Source: Mobula hypostoma
Lineage: Eukaryota
Length of the DNA: 64,000 nucleotides
Direction of reading: 5' to 3'
NCBI RefSeq assembly: GCF_963921235.1
Contig: NC_086097.1
Coordinates: 175,958,001-176,022,000 of the forward strand
The position numbers and the translations under genes were made by a program. Below the pieces are notes generated by a model, which saw nothing but the letters and a program-made list of their open reading frames with translations, did not search any database and was not told the origin of the DNA. Of this stretch, positions 49,302-62,710 are shown in pieces. Position 1 is the stretch's first letter; each line of letters opens with the position of its first letter.

Positions 49302-49648
49302 CTGACTCCCTCACTCTCTTTCCCAGTATCCACACTGATGGCTGGGTATCTTCCAAGCTTCTGACCCAAATGGAACTTTTTCTTGTCTTCACCGACAATG
49401 ATTCGTTTCTTAGTCGGCTTGAATGAAAATCCTTCCTTCTGATCCTTCACATTAACTTTTAATTTGATTGGTTTAAGTCCCCCGCTTCCACCAGCCCCGC
49501 CACCTCCGCCAGCCCCACCACCTCCGCCAGCCCCGCCACCTCCGCCAGCCCCGCCACCTCCGCCAGCAAGGACTGAAGCATGGTAAGCTGCTTTGTTGGA
49601 AACCGTCAGGAGCAAGTTTCTGGTTGATGATTCCTCGTAGTCCAGTTC
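49302..49648 (-). CDS. dsg2: Desmoglein exon ~9 (EC3/EC4) with poly-Gly insert
   Basis: ccacag| acceptor, AG|gtaaag donor, 347 nt, phase 0 to 2; ELDYEE...NKAAYH...(AGGGGG)4...KVNVKDQKEG. Confidence 0.94.
49491..49567 (-). repeat. Coding 18-bp tandem repeat, about 4.3 copies (AGGGGG)
   Basis: ccagccccgccacctccg at 49491, 49509 (one mismatch), 49527 and 49545. Confidence 0.95.
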
Positions 49649-52600
49649 CTGTGGAGTATGAGAAAACACAAGTGTTAATAGGTAAACTGAGGGGCACTGC
49701 CAACCACAACTCAAGGCAAAATTTGAAAAAGATGTATTGACTTTGGAGACCGTGCAGAGGAGGTTCACAGTATCGATTCCAGAGTTGAAGGGGCTAGTCT
49801 AAAAAGGAGACATTGACTTGCTTGGGACCATACTTGCTTGCATTCAGAGAATGGGACAGAATCTTATAGAAACACACAAAACCACAAAAGGGATACACAA
49901 AAGAGGCTCCATTGGTTCCAAGTTGGTTCCATTGTTAGGTGAGACTGGGGGGCATAGCTTTAAGATTCGGGGGAATAAATTTAGGGTGGAGATGAGGAGA
50001 AACTGCTTTTCCAGGAGAATGGAAAATCTGTGGAATTGTCTGCACAGCAAATCAGTAGACGCTGCCTCATTAGATATATTTAAGACACAGTTCAATATTT
50101 TATTGCATAGAAGGGGAATTAAGGGTTATTATGGGAGGTAGGTGGAGCTGAGTTCACAGTCATACCAGCTATTATCTTACTGAATGGTGGAACAGACTTG
50201 ACAGGCCAGGTAACCAACTCCTATTCCTTACATACATTCCTTTGCTGTCAGACAAAATTAAACCCCACAATATTCAGTCAGTGAATAAAAGAAAAAAAAC
50301 TCATTTCTATGATGCCTTCTACATCCCAGTCAAATCACCTCAATAAAGAGCAATGCTGAAAATCCGACATAAAGTTGGGGTTGTTGGAAACCTGCAGCAA
50401 ATCAGCCAGCAACGATTAGAATCAGGTTTATTGCTGACATACAGTACACCATGAAATGTGTAGCTCCGTGGCAGCAGCACTGTGCAAGACAAAACATGCT
50501 GTACGTTACAAGCAAAAAAAGTGCGAAAGCAGAATAGTGAGTTAGTGCTCACAGTTTGGTGTACTGTTCTGAAATCTAATTTTGGAGGGGAAGAAGCTGT
50601 TCCTAATGTGAGTGTGGGCATTCAGGCTCCTGTTCCTCCTTCCTGATGGCAATGCTGACAAGAGGGATATCGAGTAAGTAGAGGTTACATTTCAAAGTTC
50701 AGCTATTTACCCTCAGGTCTGGATCATTTACAACATGGCAGCAGGATTTTCAAGTATACTGCACCTCCTCTGTCCCATTCTCTCCCTCTCCTGATCCACC
50801 TCAGACTTCTCTCACAATCCATACTTCACAAACCTATTGCCCTGTTTTTATTTGTCCCCTTAGCCATTCCATCTGCCCATCACCCACACACTCCCCTCCC
50901 CCATCCACTGGGTCCCCTCCCCCCAATGTTCCCATCAGCCCTCCCCACCTTCCTATCTGCTTCAATGCTCCACCTTTACTATCCGATTCTATCAGTCACA
51001 GCCCTTTCACTATCGCCTCCTAGCCTTGGTCATCATCACCAGCCTTCTATCCCTAAAATGACTATCAGAGTGCATCATGACTGGTTGCATCAAGGTCTCT
51101 TACAGAAATTCAGATGCACAGGAATACAAGCAGCTACAGAGAGTAGTGCACTCTGGCCAACACATCACACTCTTCCCCTCTATTGGTAGTATCTACACGA
51201 GGTGGGGCTTCAAGAAGGCAAGATCCGTCAAAAATCTCCACCATCCAGGCCATGCCATCTTCTTGCAGACACCATCAAGAAAGAGGCACAGAAGCCTGAA
51301 GTCCCACATCACCAGGCTCAAGAACAGCTACTATCCTTCGACCACCTGTTTCTTGAACCAACTGGCACAATCCTAATCATAGCCAATAGCAATACTAACT
51401 ATTTTGCACTAAAATGGACTTTTGTTTTTGTTTTGGTTGCATTCTTTCTGGTAGGAATTGTACATAATTTATATTTTCTTTGTGAATGCTGCTTCCATGT
51501 TGCTCTGTGCCTCTGATGCTGTTGCAAGTGGGTTTTTCATTGCACCTGTTCAGACACGTACTTGTGCACACGATAATAAACTCAACTTTCAGCCACTCCT
51601 CACGTGGATCCACTCACTTTCCAGCTCTTGCCTCACCACCTCCCCCCCTCCTCACCCCTTTACACTGGTGATTCCTTCTCTATTCATTCAGTCCGGGTGA
51701 AAACATCAACTGACAACTTCCCTCCACAGATACTGCCTGACCTGCTGAGTTCCTCCAGCAGATTACTTGTTGTTCCAGATTCCAGTATCCGCAGTCCCTT
51801 GTCTTTTCGTTGTTTTCTCCAGACCTTCTTGACCTGCTGATTGCTTTTAGTATTTAACTTTTCATCTCAATAGAGTTGAACGTTGCTGCAAGCACATAAT
51901 TGCAGGTAATCTGTGCACAGCAAGGTCCAACAAACAGCAATGTGCAACTATGACTAGAAAATCATATAGGGACCAACTGGCACAGAAACTGATCCGGAAC
52001 CCCTTCCTTATTTAAGATAACGGCCTCCCAAGGAAGCAGACTAGACTTGAGCTCTCTGGGCATGAACGTCAGCCAATGCTATTAAATTTGGGCTGCATTC
52101 CAAAGGTCCTTATGCCACTGTTTAATTGCACGATGAAAAAAAATTAACAACTCTTAAATCATTTAGCAGGTAAAAAAAAAGACAGTTTTTGTTTTAAAAT
52201 GTCCCTTTTACTGCTATCTTTCCCTTACCAGTTCCTAGTACATATATTAAAACACATGGTTGAGAACACATTCCAGTTTGTACCAATTGTGCTGAGATGA
52301 GAATGGTTGAGGGCTCCAGTTTCTGAGGTGTGAATAACCGAATGCCTGTTCTACTCCAATCACATGAGCACTATGCCAAAAATGCACACTAGTGCTTCTA
52401 CTTCCTTAGCCTACTGAGGAAATTTGATATGTCCCCATTGACTTTCCTTTCCTAATGCATGGAAATACAGGAGACTACAGATGCTGAAATCAGGAGCAAG
52501 TTTCTGCTAGAAGAATTCCGTGTGTTGATCAACACCAGGACTAGGAAAGGAATCATTGATGCTTCAGGTCAAAACCCTGGATCTGCACTGCAACAACCTT

Positions 52601-53834
52601 GCATGCTGATGCAGAGTTTCAACCCGACACAAGTGATTCCTTAACACCCACAGACGCTGCTCAACTTGCTCAGTTCTTCCAGCAAATTGTTGGTTGTTTA
52701 CCTAACTGGATGTGTCATGGTTTGTTACAGCAAGTGCTCTGCCCAAAACTGGAAGGCCATGACAATAGGAGCAGAGTTAGGCAATTCAGCCCATCGTCTG
52801 CTCTACCATTTCATCATGGCTGATTTATTATTCCTTTCAACCCCATTCCCTTTGATGCCATGACTAATCAAGAATCTATCAATCTCTGTTTTACAGGTGC
52901 CACAAATTCACTGTCCTCTGGCTAAAGAAATTCCTCATCTCTGTTCTAAATGGACGTCACTCTATTCTGAAGTTGTGCCCTCTGGTCCTAGACTCCCCCA
53001 CTATTGGAAATACTCTTTCCACATCCTCTCTATCTAGGCCTTTCAATGAGCTTCAACAGGTTTCAATGAGCTTCTCCCATCCAGACAGTACAAGTCCAGA
53101 GCCATCCAATGCTCCAGAGATACAATGCAGGAGATTGTGGACACAGCCCAGTCTGACAAAAACAAGCCTCTCCTCCATGGACTCTGTATCCTCTGCCTGA
53201 TGGGAAGGGTTTTTTATTACATTGGCTGTTTTCCTGAGGCAGCAAAAAGTGTAGACAAAAGTTTGAAAACGTGCACCAACCTCAAGGACAGCTTTTATTT
53301 TGCTATTATCAGACTCTTGAACAGACCTCCCAGGACATATGAACTCACGATCCTTCAATCTATTGCATCATAGCCCTTGCAGTTTATGTGTCTGTCTGCA
53401 CTTCTTCCATAAATAATATTCTGTTATTGCTTTTCATTTTGTACTATCTCAGAGTACTTCTGTATGGAATGACATGTTGGATAGCACACAAGAAGTTTTT
53501 CTACAGTATCTTGGTGCAAGTGACAATAATAAATCAGTTACCAACAGTGACAGCTCACTGCCAGAGTTTCTCCAGCTGAGTTGTTTGCTGCTTCAAATTC
53601 TAGATTCTGCAGTCGCCCAGTCCTTTTTTACTTCCAACTCTCATCAATTCTAAATTGACAACTGGTCTGAGATACCAACTGGTCCTTCAAGAGCACTGAA
53701 GTATAGGCTAATCATCCTGAACCTTCCCTCATGGGACAATCCCCTCAACCCTTGCATCAGCCTCGCACTCCTAAAGAACATACTCCTTCCGTTATAACAG
53801 AATAAGTACGACGTCTCTGGATTTTCAACATTAC

Positions 53835-54020
53835 CTTCTGAAGTATCAAAATTCCTTCATTAGTTTGCTCATCCATTTCGAACCTGAAGTGTCCGTCCTC
53901 ATTCCCCTCAATAATTTCAAAGTTCCCCAGCCAGTTGTCAGTAAATTCTTGATCCTTATCGAACACTTTGATCCGTATGACATCATCACTCAACGTATTC
54001 TCTAGAACAGATACCTCATA
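53835..54020 (-). CDS. dsg2: Desmoglein exon ~8 (EC3): YEVSVLENTL...DNWLGNFEIIEGNEDGHF...TNEGILILQK
   Basis: cttcag| acceptor, AAG|gtaatg donor, 186 nt; DNWL and TNEGI motifs typical of desmogleins. Confidence 0.95.
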
Positions 54021-54356
54021 CTGAAGAAAAAAAGGAAACAAAGTTGTGAATTAAATTTCACTCATCCAACAGAAATCTTTTCCACTTAAGACGGCAGAGG
54101 TACAAAGATTGAAGAGATATTGACAACTCTTCTAAAAACCACAGCATTTATCATCCTGTCTTGGAAATATGTCCCCATTCCTTTCTCAGTGGGTCTAAGT
54201 TTTGCAAATCCCTCCCCTACAGCTTGGATCACTTCATCAAAATATCTTCTTATATACAAGAAACTGTTAAAGTGTTCAGTTTTCCTTTAAAAATAAAAAA
54301 AAGTGTGCATGATAGTGGTAGCACAAAATTTTTATGGAAATTTTCAGGATTCCTAC

Positions 54357-54491
54357 CTCTTCTTTTTCAGTTGTAGGAATATTATCATTGACATCCAGGA
54401 TCTGGATTTGGGCATTTGCTGTAGTGAACAATCCTTCTGCTTTTCCATTTAGGTCACGGGCTTCCACAAGAAGAGTGTACAAGTCTTGGGT
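54357..54491 (-). CDS. dsg2: Desmoglein exon ~7: TQDLYTLLVEARDLNG...QILDVNDNIPTTEKEE
   Basis: ttcag| acceptor, GAG|gtagga donor, 135 nt, phase 0 to 0; DVNDN motif. Confidence 0.94.
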
Positions 54492-55266
54492 CTGAATCAA
54501 AATAAGGCAAAAAATGATTGTAACATTATTCGTTTTAAGAACTACTTTCTGAATACCCAGAAAACTACCCAATTGCTAATTTCCTTGACTATTCCTGAGA
54601 ACTCAGCTGCCCTTCTGGAATTTTAAGGATAGAAATTATTGTAACAGCTCTGCCTGTTACCACAAGAAACTGCAGAGTTGTGGGCGCAGCTCAGAACATC
54701 ATGAAAACCAGCCTCCCTTTTATGGACTATCTACACTAGCTGCCTCAGTAATGAAGTTATCACATGTACATGGAAACATAGTGAAATGTGTTGCATGCAT
54801 TAACAACCAACTCACCCAAGGGTGTGCTGGGGGCACTTACAAGTGTCATCACACATTCCAGTACCAGCACAGCATACCCACATTGCTTGGTAGAACACAA
54901 TAAGCAATCAATATAAACAGACACCACCCACACCGAATATTCTCTCTTCTCATCCCTCTTTCTCACCAGGTAGAAGATATAAAAGCCTGGTAGCACATAT
55001 CACTAGACTCAACTACAGCTTCTACCCTGCTCTTACAAGAGCATCAAATGGTTCCCTAGTACACTAAGATGGCCTTGACCTCATAACCTACCTCGCGCCA
55101 TGTTGTGTACCTGCACTGCACTTTCTCTGTAGCTGTTGCACTTTATTTTGCATTCTGTTATTGTTTTACCTTGCAGCAACCAACTCAATACACTGTGTAA
55201 CGAATTGATCCATGAACAGAATGCAAGACAAGCCTTTTTCCTTTATCCTGATACATGTGACAATAA

Positions 55267-55399
55267 ACAACAGGAATTCTGCAGATGCTGGAAATTCAAG
55301 CAACATACATCAAAGTTGCTGGTGAACGCAGCAGGCCAGGCAGCATCTATAGGAAGAGGCGCAGTCGACATTTCAGGCCGAGACCCTTCGTCAGGACTA
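55267..55399 (-). mobile_element. Short Penelope-derived element with hammerhead ribozyme, copy 3
   Basis: 14-bp target-site duplication ACATGTGACAATAA at 55253-55266 and 55400-55413. Confidence 0.92.
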
Positions 55400-56504
55400 A
55401 CATGTGACAATAACTAATTCCAATTCATAGCCTTATACCTTATTGGCTGCCTACACTGTACTTTCTCTGTAAATATTCTGCATTTTTATTGCTTTTTGTA
55501 CTACCTTAATCCACTGATAAAATTAAATAAATATAATGAAGTTTTTCACTGTACCTCTGTACAGGTGACAGCAATAAACCAATTCTAATTCCAAATGGGG
55601 ACCAAACACAGGCAAATTGGACTAGTTATATCAGAATCAGGTTTATTACCACTGGCAAATTACATGGTTTGTTGTTTTATGGCATCAGTACAATACAAAG
55701 ACAGTAGCTTCCCTATCACTGATACAAGACAAACTGGTCTATAGCAACACGCTGGAGGAACTCAGCAGGTCGGGCAGCATCCGTGGAAACGATCAGTCAA
55801 CGTTTTGGGCCGGAACCCTTCGTCAGGACTGAAGAGGGAAGGGGCAGAGGCCCTATAAAGAAGGTAGGGGGAGGGTGGGACAGAGAAACTGATGCAAAAT
55901 ACCACACCTTCTGCCTCCAAGCACATATTCGCTCAGTCTTTGGGTGGTCCTACCTTCACCCTAGCCTCCTTCTTTCACTCAAATGCCTTACAGTTCTTAG
56001 TCCTACTTGCCAAGGTTATGTCATGCTAACTCCAGACTCTCCTAATTCCCTTCCTGAGTTCTTTTATGGCCTTTTTAAAAAAAAAAAAATCCACGGGGCC
56101 GTGAATTGATCTTATCTTTTAAAAACTTAGAATTGTTTCCTTTTCCCTTCTTGACTAAATTCCCCACCTCTTTGTCCAATGTTTCTTTACCTTGGCATCT
56201 TTGTCCTTCCTTCTTACTGTGTAGTTGCTCTTCAAACACCCTCCACATCAGGTGTTGACTTGCCCAAAAACATCAGTTCCCAGTTAACACTTCCCAGTTC
56301 CTACCTAACACTTTTGTAACTTTCCCTGCTCCTTCTTGTGCAAAATCCATAATGGCCCTCATTCATAGCTACTTAAAACTTAAGGAGTTGTGATCACTGT
56401 TCCGGCAATACTTTCCACAGAAATGCCTGTTATCTGACCAGACTCTTTTCTCAGGACCAAGTTGAGTATGGCCCATTTTATAGTTGGACTATTTCCATAC
56501 TTTT

Positions 56505-57610
56505 AAGACTATAAGATACAGGAGCAGAATTAGGCCATTTGGCCCATCGAGTCTGCTCCACTATTTCATCTTGCTTGATCCAATTTTCTCCTCAGCCCCA
56601 GTCTCCTGCCTTCTCCCCACATTCTTCATGCCCTGACCAATCAAGAATCTATCAACCTCTGCCTTAAATATACATATAGACTTGGCCTCCACAGCTGCCT
56701 GCGGCAAAGAATTCCACAGATTCACCACCCTCTGGCTAAAGAAATTCTTCATCTCCATTGTATAAGAATGCCCCTCTATTCTGAGGCTGTGTTCACTCAT
56801 CTTAGATTCTCCCACTATGGGAAACATCGTCTCCACAACCACTATCAAACCATTCAATGGGTTTCAATGAGACAACCCCTCATTTTTCTGAATTCTAGTG
56901 AATAAAGGTCCAGAGTCATCACTCTTCATACAACAAGCCACTTAATCCTGGAATCATTTTTGTGAACCTCCTTTGAACCCTCTCCAGTTTCAGCACATCC
57001 TTTCCAAGATAGCGGACCTAAAACTGCTCACAATACTCCAAGTGAGGACTTTCCAGTACTTTATAAAGTCTCAACATTACATCTTTGCTTTTATATGTTA
57101 GTCCTCTTGAAATGAATGCTAACATTGCATTTGTCTTCTTCACCAAAAACTCATCCTGCAAATTATCCTTCAGTGCCTCAAGTTTTTGTAATTTCTCTCC
57201 ATTTAGAAAATAGTCAACCCTTTCATTTCTTCTACCAAAGTGCATGATCATACACCTCAAAACACTTTCTATCTGCTATTTTTTTGCCCATTCTCCTAAT
57301 CTGGCCAAAACCTTCGGTAACTTTTCTACTTCCTCAAAACTACATGCCCCTCTCCCCTTCTCCACATCATCTGCAAACTTTGCAACAAAAGCCATCAACT
57401 CCATCATCTAAATTATTGACGTATAACATTAAAAAAATAGTCCCAACACTGACCCCTGTAGAACACTAGTCACCCACAGCCAACCAGAAAAGGTTCCCTT
57501 TGTTCCCCACTATTTGCGTCTTGCCAATCAGCCACTGCTTAATCCAAGCTAGAATCTTTCCCTTGTAGCTTGATAAGCAGCCTGATGCTTGGCATCTTGT
57601 CAAAGGTCTG
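56505..57610 (-). mobile_element. Degenerate CR1 RT to 3' end
   Basis: PHLEYCEQF; FFSQRVVNLWNSLP. Confidence 0.82.
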
Positions 57611-58367
57611 GGTGTCAATACCTCCAAGGACCTAATCTAGACCCAACATATTGATGGAGCCATAAAGAAGGCAAAGCTGCAACTATATTTCATTAGGAGT
57701 TTGAGGAGATTTGGTATGTCACCAAAAACATTTGCAAATGTACCATGTAGAGCGACCTAACTGGCTGCATCACCGTCTGGTATGGGGCTGCTGGGGGTGG
57801 TGGGGGGGCTATTGAAGAGAGTTGTAAAATTAGCCAGCTCCATCATGGGCACTGGCCTCCTTAATATCCAGGATATCTTCAAGGAGCGGTGCTTCAGAAG
57901 GATAGTGTCCATCATTAAGGACCCCCCATCACTCAGGACATGCCCTCTTCTCATTGCTACCATCAAGGAGGTACAGCTTCTTCCCCTTTACCATCCAATT
58001 TCTAAATGGACATTGAATTCATGAGCATTACCTTACTACATTTCTTTTTTTGCACTACTTATTTAATTATTTAATACATCTACATTACACACATTTAATA
58101 TAATTCATTCCCCCCCATATTATGTATTGCATTGTAGTGCTGCCACAAAGTTAATAAATTTCTCAACATATGTCAGTGATATTAAACACAATTATGAAAC
58201 GCTCATTAAGAAACCAGGCAAAGGATTTTCTCCCAAAACATTGCCTGTCAATCTCCCTCCACGATGTTGCTTGAGTTTGTGTGTGTACCTGTGCATGTGT
58301 GCATTGCTTGAGATTTGTCAGTTAGCTTAAAACACGTCTTAGATTGTTAGTGAATTACGGAACTCAC

Positions 58368-58519
58368 CTCTCTGTCCAAGTTATTTGTCAGTGTTCTAAT
58401 TTCTCCAAAGGAGTTTGAAGCGAACATCTCTTTGCCCCCCTGATACAAAATTCTGTAGTGAATTACAGCATTCTCTCCTTCGTCTTTATCTGTTGCATTT
58501 AATGACAATACCGGTGTAC
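58368..58519 (-). CDS. dsg2: Desmoglein exon ~6 (EC2): GTPVLSLNATDKDEGENAVIHYRILYQGGKEMFASNSFGEIRTLTNNLDRE
   Basis: Not in ORF track; read manually. ttccag| acceptor, GAG|gtgagt donor, 152 nt, phase 1 to 0; ATDxD and LDRE motifs. Confidence 0.93.
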
Positions 58520-59224
58520 CTGGAATAAAACAATGAAAAATTCACTACCTTACACAAGATCACATACGCTGCCAAACCCCAATTTTCATGGCATTTATGT
58601 TCTATGCATGGATGGCTATGACGACAGGCTTGAACTTGAAATGCAGAACAAAAATGCTGCTTCCTACCAGGCTCACTGGTTTAAATGCATTTTAAATGCT
58701 TAAGAGGTGATTTGAGAAACTGGAAACTGCAAATTATATTTCCAGAGTATCTTTATGCCTTTCCTGCTTTGCTTTACAAGGATGTTGTTGAACAAATTTT
58801 ACCTCAGAGCTTGGCCAAATAAAGGATATTCAAAGTCATCTTTTAAAATCAATTAAAGAATTGAATAAAGGGGTCAAAACTGCCTTTCTGATGCTTGATG
58901 AGCTCCTAGTCTGGTTCCCTTTGATTCTTCTTCAACTTTGAACCTAGATGTTGATTTTTTAATAATGCTTCTGTTAAACTTAACTAGGCCACAAGATTGC
59001 TTTCTCTGTGAACTCAATTGGATCTCAGTTCATGTGTAGGATATGGTTCACACTGAGACTATCATTTAATAATCACCTTTTTGAACATCATGCTAAACCC
59101 CTTTGTTGGTTTATTTTTTCACATGTACCAAGATACAATAAAAAGCTGTGTATACATGCCATCTAGGTGGAACATTCTGTATACAAATACATCGCGGTAG
59201 TACAAAAGGGAAAAGCAATGCAGA

Positions 59225-60030
59225 TATTGATGAGCTGGTAAAATAATAAGACAGACAGATGCAATTTCAATCCTGATAAGTGCAAGGCGATGCACTAAGG
59301 GAGGACTAACACAGGGAGATATAGACAGTAGATGGCAGGACGCCAGGGTGTATTCAGGAACAGATGGACCTTGGTCTACAAGCCTACAGATCCCTGAAAG
59401 CGGTAGAACAGGTAGTTAAGGTGGTGAAGTAGTCATACGAGATCCTTCCCTTCATTTGCAGGGATACAGTATACAAGAGCAGGAAGATCATCATACAACT
59501 TAAAAACTCATCGATTAGATCACAGCTGAAGTATTGTGTATAGTTTTCGTCAGCACATTACAGAGAGGATGTGATTGCACTGAAGAAGGTGCAGTGGAAA
59601 TTCATCTGGATGTTGCCTGGAATGGAATATTTCAGATGTGTGGAGAGACTGGTTAGCTATGTTTATTTTCCTTGGAAAAAATGGAGAGAATCATTTTATT
59701 GGTGCGCAAAGTTAGGAGGCACATTAAAAGGATAGACAGGAAGAACGTTTTTCCCCATAACATGGGTATCTATAACAAGGAGGCAAAGGTTTAAGGTAAG
59801 TGCTGTGAGGTTTAGGAAGAACTATTTCATTCAGAGGGTGGTTGGATTCTGGAACAGACTGCCTAAAGAGGTGCTGGAGGCAGAGACTCTCACTACATTT
59901 ACAAGTTATATGGATGAGCACTTGAATCAAAGCGGAGAAAGACTACGGAGCAAACTTCAGAAAATTCTATTAGTATAGATAGGTATGAAATGGTTGGTAA
60001 ATATATATAGACTTTGTGCTCTCTGGTCCA
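59225..60030 (+). mobile_element. Old CR1 remnant
   Basis: QMQFNPDKC-like and FIQRVVGFWN remnants. Confidence 0.65.
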
Positions 60031-60139
60031 TCAAGTTTTTGGCCTGGAGTCAAATGTAGAATAGTGGATTTCCTGAAGGGCAAGCTTAAAATTCGAGGGG
60101 TAAGGGTTAATAGGGATTTGAGGGACAAGGTACAAAAAA

Positions 60140-60300
60140 AATTTGGAGGAACATGGCAGGTCAGGCAGCATGGAGGGAAATAAAGAGTTCAGGGCAAAAT
60201 GATGAAGGGTCTCTGCCTGAAACGTCAACTGTTTTTTTCCCCTTCACTGATGCTGCCTGACCTGCTGAGTTCCCCTAGCATTCTGTGCGCATTGCTCAAA
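60140..60300. mobile_element. Inverted Penelope terminal-repeat pair with decayed hammerhead (tgatgaagggtctctgcctgaaacgtc)
   Basis: gcaggtcaggcagcat...atgctgcctgacctgc inverted arms; further decayed copies near 38600-38790, 52470-52690, 55745-55880 and 61245-61383. Confidence 0.72.
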
Positions 60301-60732
60301 GATCTCCAGAATCTCATGTATCTGAGGGACAACTTTTTCAACAAGGAATGGTGGGTATTTTTTAAGTGAACTGCCAGAGGAAGTGACAGAGGCAGTTACA
60401 ATTACAATGTCTAAAAAACACTGGACGGGAAAGGTTTCAAGGGACATGGACCAAATGTGGACAAATGAGATGAGCTTCAAATGGGGATTAACAACATTTC
60501 ATTATCATTGTAAGGCCATTTTTTGAGACAAGGTTATTAACAAAATTTAAATTCCTCAACTGGTGAGTTGGGACTTGGATCAGAATGTCTGGATTAGTGG
60601 TCTCAGAGCCTGTGCATTACAGGACCATGGACTTAACCACTGCATCACCACAACACAGTGGGAAGTTTAATTTCTAACTGAACAGGGAGCAAATTTCCTT
60701 TATTATCTTTGAACAAAATGCATAGTTCTTAC

Positions 60733-60877
60733 CAAATTGGGATAATTCTTCAACACTTCCTTCAAACACTTCTGTTACGAATTCCGGACGATTATCATTA
60801 ATATCTACAACTTTGATCTCAAGTACAAGAGGACTCTCAACAGATTGACCACGAGAATTCCAGGCTTGTCCTGTCAA
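60733..60877 (-). CDS. dsg2: Desmoglein exon ~5 (end of EC1): [48 protein letters not shown]
   Basis: ttcag| acceptor, G|gtaaga donor, 145 nt, phase 0 to 1; resembles DSG2 LTGYAL...DINDNEP...GSVEELS. Confidence 0.95.
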
Positions 60878-62261
60878 CTGAATCAGGAATAAAATAAATC
60901 TCAAATCAAGGAAAATGCAAGAAATATACTCATTCAACTTCGCAAAATAGGTAATTTTTAATTGTTGCCAGATGCACTAGGGTACAGTGAAAAATTTCAT
61001 TTGCACACCATTGACACAGATCATTTATTCACATCAGTACATCCAGGTAGTACAGAAGGGAAAACAATTACAGAATGCAGAAATTAGTGTTAAATAGCAA
61101 GTGCAATGAGGCAGACGGTAAGGTGCAAGATCATGATGAGGTAGATTATGAAGGTAAGAGTCCATTTGATTGTACAAGAGGACCATTCAATAGTCTTACA
61201 AAACTGGGGTACAAACTGTCCCTGAGCCTAGTTCTTTTTTTCTCCAGTCCTACAGAAGGGTCTTGGCCCGAAACGTCAACCATACTTTTTTCTCTCTTCC
61301 CCTGCCCCCCCACCCCCAGTGATGGTGCCTGGCCTGCTGAGTTCCTCCAGCATTTTGTGTACGTTGCTTGGATTTCCTGCATCTGAGATTTTCACTTATT
61401 TGAGCCTGGTGATATATACTTGCAGACTTTTGCACCTTCTGCCTGATGGGAGGGGAGAGAAAAGAGAATGCCCAGCGTGTTTGATTATGTTGGTGGCTTT
61501 ACCAAAGCTGCGAGAAATGTAGACAGAGTCTGTGGATGGAGGTGTAGTTTTCATGATATGCTGAGCAGTGTCAACAAATCTCTGCAGTTTCTGAAGTCTT
61601 GGGCAGAGTAGTCACCATACCAAGTGATGACCAATTATTATAGTATCTTAGAGGAGTTTGAGGCATTGGTTAGCTTTCTTGGTGTGATATTTGTGTGGCT
61701 GGGTCAGTACAGGCTTTCGATGATATTCACTCCTGGGAACTTTCAGCCTTTAGACCTCTGGAGATAGGAGCTCCTGCACTAACCTCCTTTCTGAAGTCAA
61801 AGACCACCTCTCATTTCGCTGACATTGAGGAGAAGATTGTTATCATGACACTGTTTACTAATCCTTCTACCTCCCTCTTGTTCTCTGGCTCATTGTGTCA
61901 TTTTGTTATTTGCAAACTTGTAGATAGTGTTAAAGCTGAATCTGGCCTTGCAGTTGTGAATGCAAGGCTTATCTTAATATAATTATATTGCTATTAGGGG
62001 GAGCTTGCAATGTGCTGAATGCCCTACAACACAACCTAATATGGTGCTGCTAGTCACCAAGCCACAGTTCATTATTTTCACACCCATGGATTCCTGATTT
62101 ACCATTATACTCAGTCTTCTCCATTATAATAGCAGCCTCATGAGTGGTAATAAGACCATAAGATATAGGAACAGAATTAGGCCATTTGGCCCATCGAGAC
62201 TGCTCTGCCATTTCATCATGGTGGATTCATTTTTTCCCCTCAGCCCCAGTCTCCCCCTCCC

Positions 62262-62710
62262 CCCCATATGACAATACTACAATACTTCTCCCCATGTGAC
62301 AATACCTTCCCATATGACAATATCACAATATCTCCCCCATGTGACAATACTACAATACCTCCCCCATGTGACAATACTGCAATACCTCCCCCATGTGACA
62401 ATACTACAATATCTCCCCCATGTGACAATAATGCAATACCTCCCCCATGTGACAATACTACAATATCTCCCCCATGTGACAATACTACAATACCTCCCCT
62501 ATGTGACAATACTGCAATACCTCCCCCATGTGACAATACTACAATACCTCCCCCATGTGACAATACTACAATATCTCCCCCATGTGACAATACTACAATA
62601 CCTCCCCTATGTGACAATACTACAATACCTCTCCCCATGTGACAATACTGCAATACCTCCCCCCATGTGACAATATTACAATATCTCCCCACACACGTGA
62701 CAATATTAAA
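62262..62710. repeat. 27-bp minisatellite, about 16-17 units (cccccatgtgacaatactacaatacct)
   Basis: Directly visible tandem array; explains the repetitive ORFs at 62240-62713. Confidence 0.96.

Larger units (their letters stand above)
26568..60877 (-). other. dsg2: Desmoglein-2-like gene, 3' part (11 coding exons, equivalent to exons 5-15 of human DSG2; 5' exons outside window)
   Basis: Eleven GT-AG exons with compatible phases (145+152+135+186+347+146+225+237+137+294+1002 = 3006 nt). They encode cadherin repeats (DINDN, LDRE, DVNDN, LDYE, DENDN), a TM helix, a catenin-binding segment and NxxVT repeat units. Exact paralogue is uncertain. Confidence 0.92.

Noticed and set aside
52030..52070. 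Possible p63/p53 half-sites (agactagact, agacttgagc, gggcatgaac)
   Set aside because: Each has mismatches to RRRCWWGYYY; expected by chance without conservation or ChIP data.
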